Source of the DNA: an uncultured virus (IMG/VR IMGVR_UViG_3300035422_000248)
Lineage: Duplodnaviria > Heunggongvirae > Uroviricota > Caudoviricetes
Direction: 5' to 3' (one strand)
Length of the DNA: 64,000 nt
Virus record (IMG/VR): IMGVR_UViG_3300035422_000248
Span: 1-64,000 of that record
Shown: piece after piece, positions 1-9,351 of the stretch
How positions within the stretch are numbered: the stretch's first letter is position 1
Layout of the letters: each line of letters opens with the position of its first letter
The notes under the pieces: model-generated
The model's input: the letters and a program-made list of their open reading frames with translations, nothing else
The model's database searches: none
Told to the model about the DNA's origin: nothing
Made by a program: the position numbers and the translations under genes

Positions 1-456
1 ATGAGAAAGCTATGTTTTATTCTTCTGCCATTTATTCTTATCGAGTTTTATTCGTGTGGCAAATCGCAGTCCGTTCCTAATGTAAATAAAAACGATAAGG
101 GGCTTGACTTTTCTCTATTTTATCGTTTGAACGAATCAGATGAATATATTTATGATGCTCACCGAAAAGTGCCATTAGGAAAGATGGTAACACTAACCCA
201 TTTGGATAACCTTTTCGGCAAGCCTTTTGTCTGCGACACTGTTAAGCAAACATCAAATGACTGGGCGCTATATGAACAAGAATGCCAAGCCGCTGATTTT
301 ATGCCTGCCGAAATTGGAGATACTCTCGTGATGATACGTAGAATATACGGGAAAGAAGGCGATTGGATTATCTGGATAGATTTGGAAATACAAAAGTCTG
401 ATTCATTGCGTGTACTGAATTTCATTGCATACGACAATAGCGAAGTTGATATATAA
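1..456 (+). CDS. Putative lipoprotein, probably outside the prophage
   Basis: Basic N-terminus, hydrophobic stretch, then FYSC lipobox-like Cys; AT-richer than the phage genes. Confidence 0.55.
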   Translation: MRKLCFILLPFILIEFYSCGKSQSVPNVNKNDKGLDFSLFYRLNESDEYIYDAHRKVPLGKMVTLTHLDNLFGKPFVCDTVKQTSNDWALYEQECQAADFMPAEIGDTLVMIRRIYGKEGDWIIWIDLEIQKSDSLRVLNFIAYDNSEVDI

Positions 457-913
457 CTCTCGTCTTTTCATCATAGTTGGCGTTCCCATACTTTTGCCGA
501 TTTATCTCTTGCTATACAAGAAACGCCCTTTTTACATACTGCCCCCACACCATGCCGCAAGGCTGAAATGAGTTTTCCTACGTGCAACATCGTCACACTT
601 TCAAGCTTATCGTCAAAAGCTATACTTCTAATGACAAACAGTGCTACCGAGAGCAGTTCCACAGCTATGCCGAGTGCAGCTTGTTTAGCTGTAAAAAGAT
701 AAAGACACTGCGCCTTTATTGGTAGGTGTGTTGTCGGTAAGACACCGCCACAACAGCGACTTTGTCTGTAGCCTCGGCAAGCAGACTTTACACCTCTCGA
801 CCCTGCAAACCAACGTAATGACATACTCGCCCAACACTGCTCTCAACTATTTCTCAACATTCTTGCTCATTCTGCCCGATTTATGCGCTGGAATGAACGA
901 ATGTGTCAAGAGC

Positions 914-958
914 AAATTAGGTCGCAACCTCTGATTCGCAGAGCGTTACGACCTAATT
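914..958. repeat. Imperfect inverted repeat, possible end of an integrated element
   Basis: AATTAGGTCGCAAC-CTCTG attcg CAGAG-C-GTTACGACCTAATT. Confidence 0.5.
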
Positions 959-1162
959 GTCTATGATTTAGAAACTGTGTCTTAGTCTTCGATGGCAGCC
1001 TGCGCCGCGGTTGAAGTATAACATTTGCCGACACTTAGGGCAACGCTGTACTCCATTTGTACACCGTGCCATTTGGGGTTATTTTGGGGTCTTGTCATAT
1101 CTTTTTCTTCTTGTTTTTAGTTTTGTTGTTATAAGGTTGGGCAGAGAATGCCCAAATTTCGC

Positions 1163-1612
1163 TCAGATTTGCCCCTCTGCCGGACTTTGTGGTCTCGGTT
1201 GAGGGTTTGGTTGTCTTTGTGGCTGACCTGCCTCTATTCGCCTTATATTGGCTCTTGCCTCCGCGAGGAGGTCATAGAGTTTAATTGAACGGTCGGTGGC
1301 AAAGTATTCTGCCCAGTCTTTGAATGAGTGGCACTCGCCGGTCTGCTCGTCCTCGTAGTCCTCGGTCTCCCACATATCAGCGAGTGAAGCATACGTCTCC
1401 GCAGGGTGTGAGCCGATAGCGTCAACCACTTCGGAGGGGTATTGCCCCATGAGGGTCTGTACCCATTCATCAAAGCCGAAGCCGGGGTTCTCGTGCAGGA
1501 CGTTCCATGCAGCTTCTTTCAGTACCGCGTAGAAGTCCGGCTCTTCATCCTCCATAGCCTCAACCGCATTGAGCAGGATGCGGAGTTTGTCAAGTTCTAT
1601 ATCTTCATTCAT
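1163..1612 (-). CDS. Acidic hypothetical protein in the repressor operon
   Basis: 149-aa ORF overlapping the upstream gene by 4 nt; Q/P-rich tail. Confidence 0.7.
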   Translation of the reverse strand: MNEDIELDKLRILLNAVEAMEDEEPDFYAVLKEAAWNVLHENPGFGFDEWVQTLMGQYPSEVVDAIGSHPAETYASLADMWETEDYEDEQTGECHSFKDWAEYFATDRSIKLYDLLAEARANIRRIEAGQPQRQPNPQPRPQSPAEGQI

Positions 1613-1821
1613 CGCTTGGACTTGATTAAATGTTTGACTACGCCATATACTCCCAGCAAGATGTAAAGCAGAAATATTCCTATTGAACCAGTCAATATCT
1701 TAATAGCCTTGGGCATTGGCTCATTCGCGGTATAGGCCCATGTGACATTAGCCGCCCAAAGACCAGCGGAGACTGCGAGGCTAATACCAACGCCATATAT
1801 GAACCATTTTAGCCACTTCAT
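1609..1821 (-). CDS. Small membrane protein with 2 TM segments in the repressor operon
   Basis: Two hydrophobic helices; 4-nt overlaps with both neighbours. Confidence 0.7.
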   Translation of the reverse strand: MKWLKWFIYGVGISLAVSAGLWAANVTWAYTANEPMPKAIKILTGSIGIFLLYILLGVYGVVKHLIKSKR

Positions 1822-2216
1822 TTTGCTTTCAGTTCTTCTATTCGTTCTTTTAGTTCGCTAATCCTTTCATCCTTTTCGTTGAGGAGGCGTTGGAGTAATT
1901 TCACACGTTCCGCGAGGACTGCATCGCCCACTATTACTGATACGTCTCCACTATCAGACGCCGGGGAATAATCTCCCTCGGTATGTACTTTGCTCGTTGG
2001 TGTATTCTCGCCAGTGAGAAGCCAACGTGCATCTACATCAAGCGTGGTTATGATCTTGGTTACCATCTCTACGCTAAACTTGCTCCGCCTTTGCTTTCCG
2101 AGGTAACTGGACATGCCTGCAACGGATAGACCGACAGCCTTGGCAAAAGCGGACTTGTTGCCATCAAACTGCCTGTCAATAATGGTCTGAACTCGGTCGT
2201 TAATAGTTTCCTGCAT
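1818..2216 (-). CDS. CI-like XRE-family HTH repressor
   Basis: NKSAFAKAVGLSVAGMSSYL helix-turn-helix, DVDARWLLTGE motif, C-terminal coiled coil; divergent from the early operon. Confidence 0.85.
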   Translation of the reverse strand: MQETINDRVQTIIDRQFDGNKSAFAKAVGLSVAGMSSYLGKQRRSKFSVEMVTKIITTLDVDARWLLTGENTPTSKVHTEGDYSPASDSGDVSVIVGDAVLAERVKLLQRLLNEKDERISELKERIEELKAK

Positions 2217-2238
2217 TGTCTAATTGTTAAAAAATCTT

Positions 2239-2298
2239 AAATGACTTAATAAAACATCGTCAATCGCTTGCTTGATTAAAGCAAATGACTTAACTTTG
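2239..2298 (+). promoter_or_regulatory. Early rightward promoter with repeated operator-like boxes
   Basis: Bacteroidetes -7 element TAACTTTG at 2291-2298; AAATGACTTAA at 2239-2249 and 2283-2293. Confidence 0.6.
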
Positions 2299-2383
2299 CG
2301 TCATCAAATCATTGCATTAGCGGTGCAAGTGTCTGATATTAAACGCAAATATACGAAAAATCAACGAAATATAAACCATAAAG

Positions 2384-2602
2384 ATGAGTGAAAATAAGTA
2401 CCTCGTGAAAAAAGTCTCTGTTATTGACACTTTCAGAAACTTACCGGTAGGGAAACCTATCCAATTTGACTGTCGTGAACTCTGCTCTTATGGCACAGCG
2501 CAGTCAGCAGTGAGCCGACTTAACTCTTCCGCAAAGGAGGAGGTGTACAAAATCAGTTCCACCGATAACGGCGTTACTTACTCCGTCATTCGTTTGAAAT
2601 AA
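2384..2602 (+). CDS. Cro-like small DNA-binding protein
   Basis: First gene divergent from the repressor; 72 aa with a putative HTH (SYGTAQSAVSRLN). Confidence 0.6.
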   Translation: MSENKYLVKKVSVIDTFRNLPVGKPIQFDCRELCSYGTAQSAVSRLNSSAKEEVYKISSTDNGVTYSVIRLK

Positions 2603-2610
2603 TAAAGCAA

Positions 2611-2790
2611 ATGACTATGGCAACAACATCCAGTACTCATGTTTTCCGTGATGCCCTCGGCTACACATTCGTGGTGAAAGAGCATAAGAACGGCACAGCC
2701 AAATGGCGCAAAACAACATACAAGTCTCTCGCCCATGCTCGCCGGGCAATCAATCGTTGGGCAGAGGGTGGCATTGAGAAAATCAAATAA
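2611..2790 (+). CDS. Hypothetical protein, 59 aa (not in the ORF track)
   Basis: Read by hand: MTMATTSSTHVFRDALG...GGIEKIK*; fills the operon gap. Confidence 0.6.
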   Translation: MTMATTSSTHVFRDALGYTFVVKEHKNGTAKWRKTTYKSLAHARRAINRWAEGGIEKIK

Positions 2791-2792
2791 TC

Positions 2793-3050
2793 ATGGACTA
2801 CGCAATCTACAAAGAGCGTGACGGCAAAAATCCTCACGTTGTCCACCGCTTCACACAGGAAGCGTGCAATCACAAGGCTAAACTCGCCGCTCGTGAAAAA
2901 CTGAGCGAAATGTGGATGCGAGTTCTCCAACGTCCGTATCTATGCCACAACCCGAAAATGGAGCCGGGCAAGATATACGGCTTTAGCTACGACTACATGA
3001 CGAGTGTAAACACCTCTGAAAGCATTCGCTTCTACATTGCAAAACTCTAA
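2793..3050 (+). CDS. Hypothetical phage protein
   Basis: Tightly packed in the early operon. Confidence 0.7.
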   Translation: MDYAIYKERDGKNPHVVHRFTQEACNHKAKLAAREKLSEMWMRVLQRPYLCHNPKMEPGKIYGFSYDYMTSVNTSESIRFYIAKL

Positions 3051-3069
3051 TCTCTAAATCAACAATAGA

Positions 3070-3312
3070 ATGAAAAAGTACATCATCCTCATCGCCCTCT
3101 CGGTTGCAGCTATGACGGCTTGCACCTCAACCAAACTCGCCTCCGTCTCCGACAATGAGCGTGGCGAAATCTCGTGGAACGCTTTCTGCGATGCACGCGG
3201 ATATGACCGCAACGACAACACCTACCTCACCATGAATGAGTATCTCGATACTTGGTGCGGCTCCGTGGAAGAAGAGAACGCTTTCATCAAGGCAGGAGTT
3301 GAACCCTACTAA
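3070..3312 (+). CDS. Small lipoprotein
   Basis: MKKYIILIALSVAAMTAC signal peptide II. Confidence 0.7.
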   Translation: MKKYIILIALSVAAMTACTSTKLASVSDNERGEISWNAFCDARGYDRNDNTYLTMNEYLDTWCGSVEEENAFIKAGVEPY

Positions 3313-3323
3313 ATCATACGACT

Positions 3324-3533
3324 ATGGCAAAAGCATACTACATCGGACAGGTCGTTATGTCCGTCTGCGTGATACTCTTCGGAGTTTCCTATGGCATTCG
3401 TTGCCTCGTGAGCAATCAGATATTCTGCGCCGTCTGCTTCGGCTTCATGGCATACGTCAGCGGTTACAAGTTGATGCTCCCTGCATCGCTCGCAGAGTTG
3501 AGGGAGTATAACGAAAGGAGAAAAGCCAAATGA
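3324..3533 (+). CDS. Small membrane protein
   Basis: Two hydrophobic segments; ATGA overlap with the next gene. Confidence 0.65.
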   Translation: MAKAYYIGQVVMSVCVILFGVSYGIRCLVSNQIFCAVCFGFMAYVSGYKLMLPASLAELREYNERRKAK

Positions 3534-3796
3534 CGGTTCAGTTCGCAGACAAAAGTGTTCCCTACGGCGTATTCGTGAATGACTTAGCCGCCAAGATTGT
3601 CAACCTCCTTGAAAAGGATAAGACCGATCCCGAATTTATCAGTCAGCGCAAAGCCTTTGAAATCTTCGGGCGCAAAAACATAGAGCGTTGGCGCAGGCAA
3701 GGCAAAGCCAATCCAATCAAGCGTCCTCACAAACTGGAATACTGCACCGCAGACCTGCGTCTGCTCCAACGCACACAACAAGATTACTACGATTGA
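3530..3796 (+). CDS. Excisionase-like / MerR-type HTH DNA-binding protein
   Basis: ISQRKAFEIFGRKNIERWRRQG winged-HTH pattern. Confidence 0.6.
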   Translation: MTVQFADKSVPYGVFVNDLAAKIVNLLEKDKTDPEFISQRKAFEIFGRKNIERWRRQGKANPIKRPHKLEYCTADLRLLQRTQQDYYD

Positions 3797-3805
3797 TAGC
3801 CGAAT

Positions 3806-3900
3806 GGGAGGTTAGCCAAGTGGACGAAGGCAACACCGATAGTTGAAAGCATCGGGTTCGGGTGATACCGACATCGCAGGTTCAAATCCTGTACCTCCCT
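3806..3900 (+). tRNA. Type-II tRNA-like gene (Ser-TGA-like) with an aberrant anticodon arm
   Basis: Acceptor GGGAGGT/ACCTCCC, D arm GCC-AAGTGGACGAA-GGC, variable arm TCGG..CCGA, T arm GCAGG-TTCAAAT-CCTGT; no encoded CCA. Confidence 0.7.
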
Positions 3901-3938
3901 CTAATAAACATAAGTTTAACATTTTAACAATATCCTCT

Positions 3939-4961
3939 ATGGGTAATATCAATCTCACGGTTGAGGAAATCAACCGACTTGAACCTACGGCAATCGCTAC
4001 CAACGAACTGGTGCGTGCCAAGTTCATTCAAATCTACGAAGCCATGTGGACACCCTCCACTGGCATAACCGGCGAAGCTGCCTATGAGCGTGAGAGCCGT
4101 AACTTCAACCGCATACTCGGTGAAAAAGAAGACCTCCGCAAAAACTGCACGCGTTTCTCACTCTTTACTGCGTTTCTTGACGTAGCAATCTCCGGCCTCA
4201 CACTTGACCCCGGCACCCGTGCGCAGGCTTACCTCCTCTCGCGCTCAATCGCAGTGGACTCTTACCTTGATCAGCAGGGTAACAAGAAAAACAAGTATGA
4301 GACCCAGTGTATCCTCACCGTCTCCGGCTATGGTGAACTTATCCTCCGCGCTCGTTGCGGTCAGATACGCCATGCCGACAATCCCGTAATCGTTTACGCC
4401 GAGGATGAATTTGAATATGGCGAACGCAACGGCAACAAATTCGTGAACTATACCTGCCGTCTGCCTCACACATCCGGCAATATCGTTGCCTGCTTCATGA
4501 AGATTACACGCGCCGACGGCTCAATTGACTACGCTGTTATGCTCCCCGAGGACTGGAACCGCCTCGCAGGTTTCTCGGCACGTCAGAACCGCCAGTGGGA
4601 TAATCAACGCCGTCAATGGGTACTGGGCAACCCCAACGCCCTCTACGGCCAACAGCAGGACGGCTCTCTGAAGATTGACACTGGCTTCCTCATCGCCAAG
4701 TGTATCAAGCACGCTTTCAAGACCTACCCCAAAGCGCGTGTCGGTCGCGGTACTCAACTGGAGTCACAGCAGGTAGATGAAGTTGAAATCAACGATGACA
4801 TCTACGGACTTGAAGATGGTTCTTCAGTCAATCGCTCAACCGGCGAAGTTCTGCCCTCGCAGGACACTGGCTTTGCCCCGGCTCCCGATACTTCCGCAGG
4901 CGTGAGGGTAAACCCCGAAACCTCCTCTTCCGATGCAGGAGGCTCTGATGACACATTCTAA
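3939..4961 (+). CDS. recT: RecT-family single-strand annealing recombinase
   Basis: SLFTAFLDVAISGLTL, AYLL, VSGYGELILRARCGQI and KCIKHAFK motifs; acidic tail; start moved to ATG 3939, after the tRNA. Confidence 0.8.
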   Translation: MGNINLTVEEINRLEPTAIATNELVRAKFIQIYEAMWTPSTGITGEAAYERESRNFNRILGEKEDLRKNCTRFSLFTAFLDVAISGLTLDPGTRAQAYLLSRSIAVDSYLDQQGNKKNKYETQCILTVSGYGELILRARCGQIRHADNPVIVYAEDEFEYGERNGNKFVNYTCRLPHTSGNIVACFMKITRADGSIDYAVMLPEDWNRLAGFSARQNRQWDNQRRQWVLGNPNALYGQQQDGSLKIDTGFLIAKCIKHAFKTYPKARVGRGTQLESQQVDEVEINDDIYGLEDGSSVNRSTGEVLPSQDTGFAPAPDTSAGVRVNPETSSSDAGGSDDTF

Positions 4962-4981
4962 ATCCTATAAATCAAAGTACA

Positions 4982-6193
4982 ATGAGTGAAACTAATAACC
5001 TCCCTATCTTACGCCAAGAGAATGTGCAGATGATAGCGCAGTCTGCGCCGGACACCTACAACACCAATGCACTCTCTTCCCAGCGTTGCGCCGACTACGG
5101 CGAAAAACTCCTCGCGGAAATTCAGCGCGGAGGCATGACCGATGCGCTTGACAAGCAGTGCGCCGACTACATAGACAAGTCAAAGCGCACTCTGAAAGCC
5201 ATGAACGAACGCCGTTCACCGATCACCAAGTTGTTTGACCAAATCCGTTCAGAGTTCACTGGTATGGAAAATACCATTGACCCGACCAAAAAAGATACGG
5301 TCCCCTACAAGATACAGCAGGCCCGCAACGCCTACGCAGCCAAGAAGCGCGAGGAAGCCGAGCGCGCACGTCAAGAGGAAATGCGCCGTCAGCAACGTGA
5401 GCAGGCTCTCAACCGCTACAAGCAGGAGTCCGAAGATGACTACCGCCGTCAGTTTGATAATCTCGTTACCGAAAAAATCAACGAACTCACCAGCCTCAAT
5501 CAGTCGCTCACCGTTGAGAACTTCGATGAAGTCAGCAACAAAATCAAAGAGTTCAACATCACGCTCGGCAACGAATGGTTTCAGCAGTGCCAGTGCCATG
5601 CCCACAAACCCTACGAAGTTACCGATGCGGAGGCGATCGAAATTCGCCAGTCTATCCTCAACCGTCTCTCCAAGCAGTTCAAAGACCAGTTTCAGGCCGA
5701 GGTCGGAGAATACCGCGACACTATCACTGACGCTCTGCCCTCAAAGAAAAAGGAACTTGAACGCATGGCGAAAGCCAATGCCGAAGAGCAGGCACGTATA
5801 AAAGCCGAACTGGAAGCACGCGAAGCCGCCGAAACGCGCCGTCTCGATGAGGAGCGCAGACGCAAGGAGGAGGAAGCCAAAGCCGCCAAGCAGGTTCAGC
5901 AGTCTGCCAACGAAATGGACGGTCTCTTTGCTCAGAACGCCGTGGCTACCCCGGTAGGCTATCAGCCCAAGACCTCCGTCAAGCAGAAGATTGTCTGCGC
6001 CAACGCTGACGGCATTCTCGCCGCTGTCTCCATGTGGTGGAGCAAAGAGGGTCAGTTCCTGCCGATTGAGGAACTCTCCAAAATCTTCAAGAAGCAGCTC
6101 ACATTCTGCGAAAAGGTTGCCAACGACAAGGACAATCCCGAGTTCATCAAGTCTCCTTTTGTCCGCTACGAAGAGGAGGTTAAAGCCAAATAA
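4982..6193 (+). CDS. Coiled-coil protein of the recombination module
   Basis: 403 aa, E/R/K/Q-rich helices, between RecT and the nuclease. Confidence 0.75.
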   Translation: MSETNNLPILRQENVQMIAQSAPDTYNTNALSSQRCADYGEKLLAEIQRGGMTDALDKQCADYIDKSKRTLKAMNERRSPITKLFDQIRSEFTGMENTIDPTKKDTVPYKIQQARNAYAAKKREEAERARQEEMRRQQREQALNRYKQESEDDYRRQFDNLVTEKINELTSLNQSLTVENFDEVSNKIKEFNITLGNEWFQQCQCHAHKPYEVTDAEAIEIRQSILNRLSKQFKDQFQAEVGEYRDTITDALPSKKKELERMAKANAEEQARIKAELEAREAAETRRLDEERRRKEEEAKAAKQVQQSANEMDGLFAQNAVATPVGYQPKTSVKQKIVCANADGILAAVSMWWSKEGQFLPIEELSKIFKKQLTFCEKVANDKDNPEFIKSPFVRYEEEVKAK

Positions 6194-6195
6194 GC

Positions 6196-6862
6196 ATGAA
6201 CAATCCCGATGCATACTATCAGCGCAGTGAGGTCTCCAACTCTGACCTCACTGCATTGAAAGAACTCTTGCACCGTCGCCCGGTGTTCGGTGACCGCGAG
6301 GCGGCTTTCCGCTTCGGGTCTATCGTGGACGCAATTATCACCGAACCCTCGCGTGTTGATTTCCTGCACATGACTATTGACGGCGAACCGGTCAACGAGG
6401 ATGAGTTTCTGCACGCACGCGAAATGCAACGCGCCCTCCGCGCCGAGGCTCGCCGTGACCCGTTCCTCGCCAAAGTCCTTGAATGTGCCGAGACACAGCG
6501 GTACATGGTGAACAAGGCGCAGGAGTTTGAGAATGGCGGNNNNNNNNNNCTTCCACTTCACTCTTGACACCCGTTGCAAGTGGGATTGGTGGTTGGGCGC
6601 TCCACACTTCGGAGGTGATCTGAAAACCTGCGCGGCCGCTACTCAAAAGGAATTTGAGGACGCGGTGGACTTCTTCGACTGGGACCGGTCCCGCGCTTGG
6701 TACATGGATATAGCGAAGTCCGACAAAGATTTCATATATGCCATTAGCAAAAAGAACTGCAACATCTTCAAGTTATTCATCAACCGAGGCGATGCAATCT
6801 ACTCTCGCGGACGCGAGAAGTATGAAGACCTCGCTTTCAAATACTGGTGCTTTGCCTTATGA
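6196..6862 (+). CDS. RecE-like PD-(D/E)XK exonuclease; frame interrupted by the N gap at 6540-6549
   Basis: VSNSDL and FRFGSIVDAII in the N-part, RCKWD..GDLKT in the C-part; partner of RecT. Confidence 0.7.
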
Positions 6863-8325
6863 CCGAACTCAAACATAATCTCAAAGTTGAGCCATACGAC
6901 TACCAAAAGGAAGGTATTGAAGCAGGTCTGCGGTGGAAGCGTTTCCTCATCGGCGATGAGCCAGGATTGGGCAAAACACTCCAGAGTATCGGCGTGGTGG
7001 ACTGCGCCAACGCTTATCCCTGCTTGGTTATCTGCCCCTCCTCGCTCAAAATCAACTGGCAGCGCGAGTTTGAAAAGTTTACGGATAAGAAAGCACTTGT
7101 GCTTGATAACTCCGTGGCTACAACATGGCCCTACCTCCTGCAAATGGGTATGCACCATGTTGCGGTTGTCAACTACGAAAGCCTGCGCAAATATTTCGTA
7201 TGGGATATTGAGGCACGCAAAGGGCAATCGTTTCGGCTCAAAGATGTTGTGTTCAATCCTCACATCCAACTCTTCAAGTCTATCATCATAGATGAGTGTC
7301 ACCGCGTCAAAGACCCCTCTGCACAGCAGACAATCTTCACGCGCGGTATCGTGGAGGGCAAGCAATGGCGCATACTCCTTTCGGGTACGCCTGTTGTCAA
7401 TCGCCCTGCTGACCTCATTGCGCAGCTCTCAATCATGGGTAGGCTTGCCGAGTTCGGCGGCCGTTCAAAATTCCTTGCCGACTATGGCGGTGGCGAAATC
7501 TCCAAAGAACGCCGGAATAAAGATGAAGAGGACAAACCGCGCAACCTTGAACGCCTCTCGGAGGAACTCTACTCCCGCTGTATGATACGCCGTGAGAAGT
7601 CAAAGGTGCTGACGCAACTCCCCGACAAGACCCGAACCGACCTCTACGTTGACATCTCCAATCGTGATGAATACAACTTGGCGGCTGAAGATTTAGCCGA
7701 ATACCTGCGCCAGTACACCGAGTGCGATGACATAGACATTCGCCGTAAGCTGCGCATGGAGGCTCTTGTAAAGTTCATGACCCTGCGGTCACTCTCTGCC
7801 AAAGGTAAGGTCAAGCAGGCTGTTGACTTCGTTAAGACGTTCCTTGCCAACGGCAAACCTCTGATACTCTTCTGCTCCCTCCACGAGATTGTGGACGCTC
7901 TGAAAAAGGCGTTTCCCAAAGCGGTCAGCGTCACCGGGCGCGACTCCATGACGATGAAGCAGGCGGCCGTTGATGCTTTCCAGTCCGGGCAAGCCCAACT
8001 GATCATCTGCTCGATAAAGGCCGCCGGTGTCGGTCTGACCCTCACGGCTTCCTCCAACGTGGCGTTCGTGGAATTTCCGTGGACTTATGCCGACTGCTGT
8101 CAGTGCGAGGATCGCGCCCACCGTATCGGGCAGAAAGACAACGTGACCTGCTACTACCTCATCGGACGGCATACCATTGACCGCACCCTCTACGACATCA
8201 TCCACACAAAGAAATCTATCGCCAGTCAGATTATGGGTACTGACGATGAAATCCCCACGGATGAGATGTACTTCAACCAACTTGCAGACCTCTTCCTTAA
8301 CCCTGACAACGATGCCGGAGATTAG
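6859..8325 (+). CDS. SNF2-family helicase
   Basis: DEPGLGKT, DECH, LSGTP, AAGVGLTL and QCEDRAHRIGQ motifs. Confidence 0.92.
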   Translation: MTELKHNLKVEPYDYQKEGIEAGLRWKRFLIGDEPGLGKTLQSIGVVDCANAYPCLVICPSSLKINWQREFEKFTDKKALVLDNSVATTWPYLLQMGMHHVAVVNYESLRKYFVWDIEARKGQSFRLKDVVFNPHIQLFKSIIIDECHRVKDPSAQQTIFTRGIVEGKQWRILLSGTPVVNRPADLIAQLSIMGRLAEFGGRSKFLADYGGGEISKERRNKDEEDKPRNLERLSEELYSRCMIRREKSKVLTQLPDKTRTDLYVDISNRDEYNLAAEDLAEYLRQYTECDDIDIRRKLRMEALVKFMTLRSLSAKGKVKQAVDFVKTFLANGKPLILFCSLHEIVDALKKAFPKAVSVTGRDSMTMKQAAVDAFQSGQAQLIICSIKAAGVGLTLTASSNVAFVEFPWTYADCCQCEDRAHRIGQKDNVTCYYLIGRHTIDRTLYDIIHTKKSIASQIMGTDDEIPTDEMYFNQLADLFLNPDNDAGD

Positions 8326-8473
8326 TAAAACCGATACGCTCAAAGCAATCTCGTATCTCGAAGAGGCTGCCAAACTATACGATGTCCTCCCCATGCAGAA
8401 ATGCAAGTGCAGGGCGCACATGATAAGATTATTAACAACAAAACTAAAATCAAAAGTTTATGACAAAAAATGA
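8312..8473 (+). CDS. Hypothetical protein, 53 aa
   Basis: MPEISKTD... overlapping both neighbours in an operon. Confidence 0.5.
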   Translation: MPEISKTDTLKAISYLEEAAKLYDVLPMQKCKCRAHMIRLLTTKLKSKVYDKK

Positions 8474-8747
8474 ATTAGTCAAGGAGTTGGCGGTTTCCGA
8501 GAAGCTGCACCTCTCAACTGCGGTAAAAGCCGTGGACGGAGTAATCCGTATCATTAAGGAGGCTCTTACAAAGGGCGAGGAAATAACCCTGCGTGGCTTC
8601 GGCACACTCTCGCCGGTCCAGCGTGAGGAGCGCAATGCAACTCACTTCAAGACCAAAGAGCCGATTGTCGTTCCGGCTCACACCTCCGTGAAATTCAAAA
8701 TCAGTAAAGAACTTAAATCAACACTCAACAATGGCACAGTGGATTGA
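8460..8747 (+). CDS. HU/IHF-family DNA-binding protein
   Basis: MTKNELVKELA, GEEITLRGFGT and VKFKISKELK signatures. Confidence 0.92.
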   Translation: MTKNELVKELAVSEKLHLSTAVKAVDGVIRIIKEALTKGEEITLRGFGTLSPVQREERNATHFKTKEPIVVPAHTSVKFKISKELKSTLNNGTVD

Positions 8748-9351
8748 AGTCAGAGCGCGCTATGACAAGATGATGGAAAACGGCGTGGTTAAGAAAGTCA
8801 CTGAACCTTACCTCGTGGACGCGCTCTCTTGCACCGAAGCGGAAGCAAGAGTAACCGAGGAACTCACGCCCTTTATCAGCGGAGACTTCCGCATTTCTTC
8901 AGTAATCACCACCAAAATCTCTGAAATATTTTGGGATGCAACTGGCGATAGGTTCTATAAGGTCAAGGTTAATTTCATCACGCTTGATGAAAAGACCGCA
9001 ACCGAGAAGCGAACCGCCTCTTACATTCTCGTGCAGGCTTCCTGCTTCAAAGATGCCTATGACAACTTCATTGAAGGCATGAAAGGCACAATGGCTGACT
9101 ACGAGATTGAGGCGATCAACGAGACAAAGATTGTGGAGGTGTATCCGGCTAACCTCACGCCTCAGCAGGAAGCCGACAAAATGCTGCGCCATCCCGAGGT
9201 TCAGCGTCATGTAAAGAAGTTTGTGGAAGCCTGCGCCGAGGGTGGTGTTGAAAGTGTAACCATGACCGCCTCTGACGGCAAGACGGTCCAGTCTGCAACA
9301 TTGGAAATTCCTCGTAAGGATACCAAGCCAAAACCTAACGATAATGGCTAA
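8731..9351 (+). CDS. DUF4494-like Bacteroidetes protein
   Basis: KKVTEPYLVDALSCTEAEAR and GTMADYEI motifs. Confidence 0.75.
   Translation: MAQWIEVRARYDKMMENGVVKKVTEPYLVDALSCTEAEARVTEELTPFISGDFRISSVITTKISEIFWDATGDRFYKVKVNFITLDEKTATEKRTASYILVQASCFKDAYDNFIEGMKGTMADYEIEAINETKIVEVYPANLTPQQEADKMLRHPEVQRHVKKFVEACAEGGVESVTMTASDGKTVQSATLEIPRKDTKPKPNDNG

Noticed and set aside
471..934. ORFs 471..824 and 719..934
   Set aside because: No motifs or convincing composition; probably non-coding element-end sequence or remnants
3843..3938. N-terminal extension of RecT in the ORF track
   Set aside because: Overlaps the tRNA-like gene; ATG 3939 has an AT-rich leader and is the better start
6540..6549. Apparent split of the RecE-like nuclease into two ORFs
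   Set aside because: Caused by a 10-N assembly gap, not evidence of a pseudogene
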